The notes under the pieces were generated by a model. The model worked only from the letters and a program-made list of their open reading frames with translations. It had not been told where the DNA came from and did no database searches. Shown here one piece after another: positions 22,635 to 32,514 of a stretch of DNA of 32,514 bases. The position numbers and the translations under genes are program-made. The stretch is from Jimgerdemannia flammicorona (Eukaryota). Location: NCBI GenBank assembly GCA_003990765.1, contig RBNJ01000343.1:1-32514 (forward strand), given 5' to 3'. Each line of letters opens with the position of its first letter. Within the stretch, counting starts at the first letter, position 1.

Positions 22635-24760
22635 ATGCCTCCAAAGGCCTGGTTCAAACTCGTGAACCCAGAAAGCGACTGGAACAAAGTTTCGTTAAGC
22701 GAAGCCAGAGATGTGACTGACCTCAAGAGACAAATCAAAACTGAGTCATTCCCCATCCTTGACAAATACAGTGCTACCCAACTTATTCTCAAGGCTACAA
22801 GGAAAGGCAATGATGTTAGTCAAGCAGTAGATTTTGGTGCACAACAAGACCTTGCTTCCATCCTCAAAGTACTTCAATGTGGAAGGTCTACTTGAAGATA
22901 TTGTGGTGGTAATGAATCTCTTCGCCGAAAATGTCTGGCTCTTTGTGAGTGCTCATGGTAAATAGTCCAAGTCTACAATTTTTTTTTTTTTTTTTTCCAC
23001 TTCCTTTCATTTTTGACCTTTTTCTTGCTCCTCTCAAAGATCCTTTAAAAACAAAGTGTGAGCAAGCAGAAAGTGGTTCCAAGAATTCAAACAAGGTTTA
23101 AAAGATTCTTGCTGCCAAGAGAATTTCAGAAACGAGTATATTTAAGTCAATCGCAGAGGTTGGCGCGATAGAGCAACACAATCAGGTGGGTATTTCGATA
23201 GTGTGACTCAGGCGTCATCCAATTTTTATTTTGCTCTAACTTTATTTTCCAACATTCGCAAAAGCTGCAACTCCCAAGAAACTTTCCGAGTTTTCATGCC
23301 TTCCGTGTTAGCCCAGGAATGCTATTAGCTGACAAGACAATATACATTGAGTACCTCGAGGAATACAACAACCAATTCAGATACACGTTCCTCCGGCCGC
23401 GTTTCTTGGAAAGTCGGCTTTTCTTGACATGCTCTGTACATACTACGACATTCATACACGATCTATTCGGTCCGCTCTACATTGGCAAACACCCTACTCC
23501 CTGGCACAACAAGCACATGGTCATGAAGTTTGATCTGTCATTCATCGATGTCAGCTCCTGGGACATGATGAATATGGGCTTTAATGACTATATCAACAGT
23601 GTGATAGAGAATTTCGTTGTCAAATACCAACGAGAGCTAGGGTTTCCAGAAATTGGTAACGTGATCAACACACAAAATGCCACTTCTTCTCTGAATAAAA
23701 TTATAGTGAGTTTCCATTTCTCTCATCTTTTGTTGGATAAACACTTGAAATGTGTTACTTAACCTGCTGTTATATATTCAGGCATTGGTTGGCTCGCGTA
23801 ACCACACCCTTTTCGTCGGAGTGGACGAATACGAACAACAGCATGTTCATAGACACAGCGATAGGGTTGGGCGAGGTTACATTCAAGAAAGTTACCGAGG
23901 TTGACCAATTCTTCAAATCGAATTTTTTTGCTGTGCTCAAGATGGGGTGCGAAGGTCAAGGTGCTCATAGCATAATCATCAGCAAGTATTTTCTTACAGG
24001 TGTTATCCCTGCATTTCGCACTGGAATCAGTCCGCTTCATGCAACCGATATGATCTCTGGTCATCGTCGTTTACACGGCATATGCAGATTCGACTGCCTA
24101 TGCTCTGAGTTTGTTGTACAATGGATATTATTTTGCCAACTCCGAGTACGACGAATCAACTCTTTTATACAATCCCCACCAAGTCTTCCACTTCATCTCC
24201 AACTCCCAGGCAAATGGAGTCGTCAGCAAACCTCCAGCTAATTCCAGCATATCCTCAAAGCTATCCCTGACATTGGGGAGTTTTCCGCAGCCGATCTTGT
24301 CGACTTGATGATACACAGATCCATTGAATCGACAGTCAAGGATGGATTTGGCTACGCCGATCTTCTCGGGGTCGGGAAAGACAAGGACATAACTTGCTCT
24401 CTCCTTCTCCATTTGGGAGTCTTGACTCGTAGTACAACCGGAAATCTGCGGATCGCGAACGAAACCGCAAAAACAGAGGTATGTCTTTTTCTTACGCAGT
24501 CCATTTCCTATCAACGCAAACAGAACACCAATAATAATAGTAATGATAATATCGACTTTTTCAGGTCTTAGAACGAACTTCCAGTTATCTGCAGAGTGAT
24601 GCTTTCCCAGCTCCACTGATAAAACCTCCTGGAGACATTATTTATGGAAAGGACGGTGATGTCTGATGGGATATGTCATTACGTTGATCGGAGGCAAAGG
24701 AATCCTGATGCACACTAAGGAAATAATGCCAACCTCAAGCAGTGTTTCAGTTTTGAAGGA
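22635..24760 (+). pseudogene. Crinkler (CRN)-type N-terminal ubiquitin-like domain + AAA-ATPase-like domain; nuclease domain largely deleted (copy B)
   Basis: MPPKAWFKLV...DVTDLKRQIKTESFPILDKYSATQLIL... with an FAENVWLFV end motif after a frameshift (CRN header-like). Then LQLPRNFPSFHAFR..MLLADKTIYIEYL, a Walker A of RPRRFGKS type (RPR..GKSAFLDMLCTYYDIH) broken by a frameshift near 23405, LFVGVDEY, YFLTGVIPAF, YNGYYF, LYNPHQV, GNLRIANE. Intron 24479-24564, then a short jump to LMGYVITLIGGKGILMH. Confidence 0.8.
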
Positions 24761-25813
24761 AATGCGATTCTATCCTGTATTCGAGTATTTGCCTGCGAAG
24801 CGTGAATTTAATGTTATCGTTTTTCATCTCACAGATACAATTTGCAATGCGGTCACTGGTCTCCATGTGTCATTGATCCGACATCAAATGAATGTATTGT
24901 TAGAAACGGATGTTCGATATTGAATACAATGTGCTATGAAGAGGAGTTTGCAAATGTAGCTATATATCTATCTGCATTGGAAAATAAAATTTAAAAAAGT
25001 AGATGGCAGAACAAGTTGAGATTATAATTAGTACGAAAATAAAACTGGGAAGGGAGATGGCAAGGCTCTCCGTCTGAGGATCGAAAGGTGGCAAAATGTC
25101 ACCTATGTTTCCGCCATTGGCGAAGACCCTCACCCCACAAAGAACACCTGGAATTCGATGGTCATGCCACTTTGAAGAAATCACCTTTCTTGAGGAAATC
25201 AGCCCTGCAGGAAGCAATGGGGTGTCCCGGCAACGATGATGCAACCCAACATGACAACAAGGAACCTGAGGACGACAATGAACGGACATCGTCAAAACCG
25301 TACGCTTGTCTGGAAGCCGCTGGCCACCTCTCGGAAAGCAACGATGGCCTGAGAATACTTCCATTATAGGTTACGGAGCTCGCTACCTCTAAATCTTCTG
25401 ACATCCAATAATTATGGAAGCGTTGCTCGGTCCGTGTTTGATGCGAGCCTTTGGCATTTTAGTCGACTGGCAAGAGAACGGATCGCCAGCCCTGCCGATA
25501 ACAACCTCACCGGCCTTGACTCCCGTCTCCTTCAAATCTTTTGGCGATCTCGAAAGAGATGCTTGCCGCCAATCATTCGATGGACACCAGCTTCCACTGG
25601 CATCGTTTACTTGGATTGAATGTTACTGTTTGTAGGCGCTTTATGATATGATTATATATATCATTTATTATTAAAACCAGCTACAAAAAAGAAAGAAAGA
25701 AAAAAAGAAACCAAAAAAGGAAAGGGATTTAAATATGACACTGGCTCGATCAAATACCCAATCTCTCCACCCATCTCCAATACCAATCCCTTTTCCCTAA
25801 GAACTGTTCGGGC
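23804..25813 (+). repeat. Segmental duplication copy B (direct repeat of 19035-21672)
   Basis: See copy A. Copy B is shorter mainly because the nuclease-coding segment (about 19930-20515 in copy A) is missing. Confidence 0.9.
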
Positions 25814-26630
25814 GTCCATCTCATCGGCTTGTTTAGCTGCGTGACCGCACAGCACCTTGCACGACAACATCGTGTCCTCTCCATCTCCGTGCCTTGTCCA
25901 TCGTCTTCGCCCTCCTTTCCCACTCACAATCGCCATTACCATCGCTAGTGCCTCGCCACCAGATTCCGGCAGCTCCGAACTTTAGCATCGCGAGTCAATA
26001 TGGGCGATATCGATCGTGATCATACACATCCCCCCCCGTTGAGTTGCGAGCGTGGAAGAAGACGCCGAAATCGACGCCCAACTAGATGAGGCCGCAGCGT
26101 CAATGGGGGGTGAAGACGTAGGTGGTCGTGGTGTTAGTCGTTTAGGTGTGGGTTGGAGGAGTGGGGAGACTGAGTGTGAGTACGGCGCAGAGATGCGAGC
26201 AGCAGTCGTGGTCGTCGATGCACCATCCAATTCTCAACATCCCCGTTTCCGTCATGTCAACTTTAGTACGCCAGCACCCCCACCATCACAAACTCCACAT
26301 CCGTTTCGTCCTGTGTACTGAGACAGGCCCGGGTCGAGTGGGTATTTACAACGAACACGGAGCCTGTGTCCACTGGAGTGCGTCATCTTGTGGACGGGCA
26401 AGACAATCGGAATGGAGCGGAGGGGGCGATCGAGGCAGCTGTCTCGTCCTCCTACGCCCTCGTCTTCCTCCTCGCCCACGTCTTCCTCGCTGGTTCCGTC
26501 GGCCAACTCATCAGTCTCCTTATCTCTGCGGGAGGGTTGAAGTTGGCATGGACCGTGATGCTGGGCCTTGCTATTCAGAGTAGGATTCGCCTGCCACTTG
26601 TGGGCCTGAGCGGAGGAGTGGTTTGAAACA
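24990..26630 (-). pseudogene. Unidentified degenerate coding-like region convergent with the CRN gene; its 3' part is duplicated at about 20845-21672
   Basis: GC-rich with broken ORFs (e.g. MLSCKVLCGHAAKQADEMDARTVLREKGLVLEMGGEIG) and an intron-like AT-rich gap with a conserved CTACA acceptor-like end in both copies. No family recognised. Confidence 0.3.
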
Positions 26631-27458
26631 TGATTTAGTGAATACGGTTGGGTAACGGATATCGGAACAACAACATTTTACGAATTCCAAAAATTGCAAT
26701 GTTTTCCATTGTCGTCTTCGATCCTTTCAAATTCCCAGCCCCTCAAAACCTAATTAATCAACATACCCAATCGCACGGCTGTCCATTGCACCAAAGCGGT
26801 TGATATAGGTTATCTGCCTAGAGAGTATGCCTGTGGTTGAGGAAGTATGAATGGATGCAAGCAAAGCAGAAATAGAATAGCACATTGAACGAGATATAAT
26901 CGTTGTCAAGCATCCCGAACCCCAAGCGAATATATAAATAAACATACGCTCTGAGGGGCTATCATGCAATATGTCGAATAATTGGATTTTCGTCACGGAG
27001 CTTCGAGGGTACTTGGGATAACCGTGGCGGTAACCTTGATGGCAAGGGTGGGAATGCAGCTGGTCGCAGTGGGGTTGGTTAGAGGAGAGTGGGGACAAGA
27101 AGCCTATGGTGGTGAAGATTGATTCTGTCGATGAACTGGCTGTTTGCCCTAGGGGGGTTGGAATGAGCGGTGGTCACGAACGGGTTGTGTGTCTCTATTC
27201 TATTCGAAAAGAATGTTGTCGACGCGGCGAAGCACGTGATTGGCATTCCTGCACCAGTAATAATTTCTAGAAATTATAGAATTTTTGGAATACACCATGT
27301 TAATTTTTGTTGTGACCAGGTGTCCGACACGCGTAAGTCACAAAGCTTGATTAGGACAAAGTCAATATCTGTCACATGCAAATGGGACGACGGGAGTATA
27401 TAACGCATCTGCTTTGCAATCCTTACTCCACAACTTTTTTCCCTCCTCTCCTCACATC

Positions 27459-28774
27459 ATGGGCCAATCATTTTCCATTGAAGACGTTCCCGATATGACT
27501 GGCAAGGTTTGCGTTGTCACCGGTGCGAACACTGGGGTAGGTGGCTGACGATATAAACTTTTTTGGAGGTATCCTGAAGAAAAGTACGTGGAGCTGACGT
27601 CTACTAGCAATAGGAACTTATATATTTTCCTTGCTCGCCATTATCAACTCGTCTTAGATGGGTAAGATATGCGCTACCGTCCTGGCGAAGAAGGGTGCTC
27701 ACGTGTAGGTGTTACTCTTCTCTGCGTTTTGTTCACTCCTGAGGATTTAAGAATAACTTTATCGTCCCCAGCTTCCTCGCATGCCGCACAGCCTCCAAAA
27801 CCAATCCCGTTATCGCCGAGATCAAATCCACGACTGGCAACGACAAAGTCGAGTTCCTTGAGCTAGACCTTCTCTCGCTCGCCTCCGTCGCCTCGTGCGC
27901 TGAGACCTTCAAGGCGCGCAAGCTGCCTCTGCACCTCCTCCTTAACAATGCTGGCGTCATGGCCTCTCCGTTCTCCCTTTCAGCTGATGGCCTGGAGTCA
28001 CAGTTCGCCACCAACCATGTCGGCCACTTCCTGCTGACGACGCAGCTGCTGTCGATCCTGGAGGCAAGCGCGCCGTCGCGCATCGTTGTGGTCTCGTCGA
28101 TGGGTCATATTATCACCTATGGTGGACTGGGGTTGGAGGATCTGAATGACCCGAATAAATATAACCCGTGGTTTGCATACGGAAGGAGCAAGTTGGCTAA
28201 TATTCTATTCGTCAGGGAGCTCACCAAGAAGCTGGAGGCTAAGGGCGTCAAGGTTTGTATATGAAAAACCTCCGCTTCATCCATGACATCACTGTCTCTG
28301 TGCTCACACCTCTTGTTGCTATCCACCGCAGAACGTCTATGTGAATGCGAACCATCCTGGCTTCGTTGCCACCGACCTCCACCGCCACGCTGAAGCCACG
28401 ACGCCCAAGTTCATTGCCGATTTCGTCACCAACTACATACATATATCGCCTGAGGTTGGCGCCGTGACGCACATGTATCTGGCGACCAGCCCCGAGGTCG
28501 AGGAGAAGGACATCCGGGGGCAGTACTACGTGAGTCGGGGCAACTTTATCCTCGCGTTCTTTAAGAACGCCACGTGGCTGTGGGTGGTTCACATAGGGAT
28601 GATTCTCATCTTTTTCGCATCCTCGTCATTTCTCCTCGTCCCCAGGTTCCCACCGCCAAACCCGGCCACATCTCCTGGGCCGCTCGTGATGACAAACTTG
28701 CCGAAGAGCTCTGGGCGTGGACGGTGAACACGTTGAAGGAGAAGGTGCCTGGGTATTCGGGGCCGACCATTTAG
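27459..28774 (+). CDS. Short-chain dehydrogenase/reductase, retinol dehydrogenase/WWOX-like classical SDR; 5 exons
   Basis: Exons 27459-27536, 27658-27704, 27772-28252, 28332-28529, 28646-28774. Motifs TGANTGMG (TGxxxGxG), LDL, LLNNAGVM, FATNHVGHFLLT, VVVSS, YGRSK (YxxxK), NANHPGFVATDL. Confidence 0.95.
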
Positions 28775-28987
28775 ATTATTATCAGTTTACCATCTATGCA
28801 TGAAAGTTGTGGTATCATTGTTTTAAATGTTGCGGGGAAGCCATTGACTTTGAAAACAAGGTTGACGATGTGTATCACTTTTCATAGAACATGTATGCAA
28901 TATTTATTTCGATAAAACGAAGACCAACCGGCCGCTGTACAATTTTGCAAGGCACTCTAATTGTGTAAAGCATCTCATGCTTATGAA

Positions 28988-29027
<40 letters not shown>

Positions 29028-29109
29028 TCATTGGATCGGCCGTTAATAAGAGACCACACACCGCCAAGCCACAGGACGATAATTCCGTGACCCATGCGTC
29101 CCCTTCACC

Positions 29110-30349
29110 ATGGTCCAAAGTTTCAACTTCTCCGGCCTCATCAATGCGTTTCGTGTCATCACCAAACCGAGCCTCGTCGTGCCGCATCTCGTCGTTCCTG
29201 GTAACTCTCGCTATTCCCCTCTGCTGATGCGTTGTAAACGGCCTCATCAACCCACGTTAACATATCTCTGCACATCGGCCCCCCAACTCTATGGCAAAGA
29301 CGTCCGCCACATCAACTTCCGCCAACTCAAGTCTTCTGGATTCCGTGCCCTGGCATTCGACAAGGATAATTGCTTGACAGCGCCATATCAGAGCATAATA
29401 TATCCTCCGTTTCAGGTGTGGGCCTGTATTCGATTCTTCGGTTCGGTTCGTGTCAGTCTACGCCCCCATACACGATTCTCACTTGGGAATTCTTTAGGAC
29501 GCGTGGAACGAGTGCAAGGAGGCCTTTGGCGAGGAGAATGTTGTGATTGTGTCAAATTCAGCAGGCACGCATGATGATGTGGGCGGGAAGCAGGTGAGGT
29601 TTCGGACAAGGGATGGTCGTTGTCGTTTGTGATGGCACAGGCTTTTCAGGAATGGTGCTGTTGGATCTTTAATGAGTGTCTCGTTATATAGGCCGATAGT
29701 CTTGAGAAATCTTTGGGTAAGTACTCTTTCGCTGTGAAAGTCATCGCCGCATGTAGCTGCAAGGTGTTCCTGACCAGTCGTGCTTACAACAGGTGTCTCG
29801 GTGCTAAGACACACAGAAAAGGTACACCACACTCTCTTCAAATCAGAAGTCTATCACTACTTCAATGCATCTCCAGTCCCGGCTGACGCATCCTCATACT
29901 TCCCCGAACCTAGAAACCTTCCGGCGGCGCCGCCCTCCTCGTCCACTTCCACACTCACTCCCCCGACACCCTCGTCGTGATCGGTGACCGCTTGTTCACG
30001 GACATAGTCTTTGGGAACACCATTGGAGCATTCACCGTACTGACCAGAAAGGTCGTGTCCGAGAAAAAGGATAATCCTGTGGCCATAGTGGTAGGTTGAG
30101 AATGTAGTCGTTGGGACGAGGGTCGAGTGAGGATGGTTCTATGGATTCTGTGGAGAGCATACTGGCCTAAAACTGTGTGTATTCATCACCACCGAATACC
30201 TTCCACGTCCGCCTCATTTTTCCGAACCTTCATAGATTCGCCGCTGGGAGCATCAGCTTCTAGATTGTCTCACACGGCATAAGATCCCAGCCTCGCCGCA
30301 TTCATCCGATAGCTGGCTCGACAAACGAGTGCTGGTCAAGGATACGTGA
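29110..30349 (+). CDS. GEP4: Mitochondrial phosphatidylglycerophosphatase (HAD subfamily IIIA, Gep4/YqeG-like); 7 exons
   Basis: Exons 29110-29200, 29300-29415, 29498-29593, 29692-29716, 29793-29821, 29914-30090, 30236-30349. Motifs FDKDNCLTAPY, IVSNSAGT, VLRHTEKKP, VIGDRLFTDIVFGN. Confidence 0.92.
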
Positions 30350-30708
30350 TAATAGCGATAATTCACGGCGGTGCTTGAACTGTAATAGAATATTTGGGGT
30401 TGGCAAGTTTTAGAAATATTTCTATGCATTTAGAGCTCGGAATTGAGTTAGACATCTTCAGTAATAAATCTAGCGTTGTTCTTGATTCGAGATGTACAGT
30501 GTGCGTTGATTCGAAATGTAATAATGTGCGCTTCGAGGTACATTTGGGGAGATTTTGAAAACAGAAAACAAGGGCCCGAGTACTCTTGATACAATTTCGA
30601 TAGATTGAAGGCAACAAGCGAAATAACATTGATCGACTCCCTTCACCGTTCAGAACAGATTACATTGCAAGCAAAATTGTAAAAATTCACCGCGACAAAT
30701 AATCGACC

Positions 30709-31046
30709 TTCCTCAATACGGCCACCCTGGCCGACGTCCTCAACGTGGGCCTCGCAGCCTTCAAGACTGCCAGCAGGGATTTCATTAAAAACATGCCTTA
30801 CAATGCTTTTGACATCGCGCACTGTTACATCATTAAGCCCGATCTGGGCCGCCGCTCTTTCTCTATCCACGTTATCGTGGACATCCTCTCCCTCCGCAAG
30901 TCAGTCATCAGATTGGCCGCTCGCCTTCAAATTTCAGGGGATTGACGAAATAAGGAACACCCTCATGTTCGATGACAACAACATTTTTCGAGTCTTTAAA
31001 TAGCTGATTTCAGAACGTCTGGGGGAGACCCTGTCGCGATATTAGG
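30709..31046 (+). pseudogene. Unidentified coding-like fragment
   Basis: Codon-like C-ending bias. Reads FLNTATLADVLNVGLAAFKTASRDFIKNMPYNAFDIAHCYII..., then a frameshift to FQGIDEIRNTLMFDDNNIFRVFK*. No family recognised. Confidence 0.3.
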
Positions 31047-31109
31047 TTGTACTTTCCCCTGTATCACGAATTTTTTTTGGACAATGAATCTCATCAGACT
31101 ATCCGCGGC

Positions 31110-31305
31110 CGAGGTCTTCCCCAAATCGGGTATACCCTCGAGGCGAACACGCTGGAGGAGCTACCATTCCCCGACGCGTCGTTCGACTACGTGTTCCAAC
31201 CGTTCATGCTGTTCGCTTCTCGCCCGTGGATTGAGAGAAGGCGATGATTGAGTTAGAAACCCGAACTGGTTGAGTCGAGCATGGGTGAAGTTCTCGTCGA
31301 CGCGG
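31110..31305 (+). pseudogene. SAM-dependent methyltransferase fragment, same family as the gene at 14-1982
   Basis: EANTLEELPFPDASFDYVFQPFMLFA..W parallels LPYPDATFDFVFMRNMSLA..W of the intact gene. Motif I is absent and the frame is disrupted. Confidence 0.7.
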
Positions 31306-31569
31306 TATGACGAGGTGGGTTGCGCTCGTAAGTAATCTTCGCTTTTTCTGTTTTCACCTCCTGATATTATGCATATGCAGGTGCTAGCGCCTGCGTGAAG
31401 GAGGGCGGAGCCAGAGACTCTGACATTTGGCACTGTCGATGAACTGGCTCTGGTTGCCTAGGTGAAGAATGGTGTGAAAGGTGAGATTTGGAGGCTTGGT
31501 GACAGGAGAAAACGACATGGGATGACTGAATGAATTGTGTAAATTATTACTCGATATTCGAGATCAAGT

Positions 31570-31980
31570 ATGTTATCGCAAGCCTCAATGAAGGAGCCCA
31601 ATGCCCGTTGGAGCAGTGGCTCTGCCTGGCTGGGAGTGGTAGAGCTGAGATTTCTTAGAGCTATTGCTGTACATGGGTTCCTTGTTTTTTTGCAAAATTT
31701 TCAGCTTTCATTTATTTGTTGGGGGAGGGGAGGTATATATATACCTTTTCCTCCATCGGGGAGCAACGTGATTAAGTTATATGGCCTCCCCTCTCCCAAG
31801 AAATAAATAACAGCTAACAAAAACAATCAACGAGTCGTATGGTCGTACTTTGTTCACATCAAGTTGGATTTCGTTCTCGTAAAAATCCTGGGCCAATGAT
31901 GACTTATTTGCCGGAGAGATTTGGTGCGGTCCCAATGTCTTCTCAGTACAGGGGTTCTGTTGTCAGTATATCCTGCATAT
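31570..31980 (-). pseudogene. Degenerate TPR (kinesin-light-chain/TPR_12-like) relic
   Basis: Minus-strand fragments TEPLY, TEKTLGPHQISPA...LAQDFY (about 31880-31960) and ALRNLS...QAEPLLQRAL (about 31599-31660) resemble the AEPLYxRALxIxEKxLGPxHP consensus. They lie in different frames. Confidence 0.4.
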
Positions 31981-32479
31981 AAGAAACAACTGGTTGTATT
32001 GGAAACTAAAGCAATCAAGTACAGTCGGTATCATTACTTGTTACCTCAACTGAGATATGAGTATGTAATGTCGCCTTCGACGAGAACTCTCTGGAATTTT
32101 GTAGAAGGCGATGGGGAGAAACTGCTGCCAAATACTGAAGTGTGACCCCTGCGATGTTATAATATCCCAAAGTTACTTTTTATTTTTTATTTTCATTTTT
32201 AAAAATTATAATGCCAGAATAACGTTCAAAGAAACCTACAAAGAGTTACCAAAGAACATTAAACTAACATCTATTATCATAATTATTATATTTTTTATTT
32301 TATAATACACTAGTATTATAAATAAATATAATTTACAAATTTACGTATCATGATAAGCCTATTTATTAGACTTATGATTTCCGCGTGCAAACCCCACGTC
32401 ATCAACCCGAGCTGGAGAATGGACTACCAAACAAACAATGGTGCTGACACTGGCTTGGCCTCTGAGTTTTCGCATCATA

Positions 32480-32514
<35 letters not shown>

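Overview
This is eukaryotic DNA from an intron-rich fungus. Crinkler-like genes, GC-rich exons, short GT-AG introns and many long poly(A/T) tracts suggest an early-diverging fungus such as Mucoromycota/Endogonales (inference). Five genes look intact: a 7-exon class I SAM-dependent methyltransferase (-), a makorin-type CCCH/RING E3 ligase (-), an intronless processive GT2 glycosyltransferase (Cps1/hyaluronan-synthase-like, -), a 5-exon short-chain dehydrogenase (+) and a 7-exon GEP4-like PGP phosphatase (+). Between them lies a ~19 kb accessory region. It holds a sharply bounded 2.35 kb block with no CpG and heavy TpA enrichment (RIP-like hypermutation), a truncated Tc1/mariner element, an ankyrin relic and a hairpin-dense ~350 nt GC-rich island. 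It also holds a tandem segmental duplication of a Crinkler N-terminal/AAA-ATPase-like/PD-(D/E)xK nuclease gene whose two copies are broken in complementary ways. Further relics (methyltransferase, TPR) lie at the right end. All calls come from manual reading and translation; no database searches were run.
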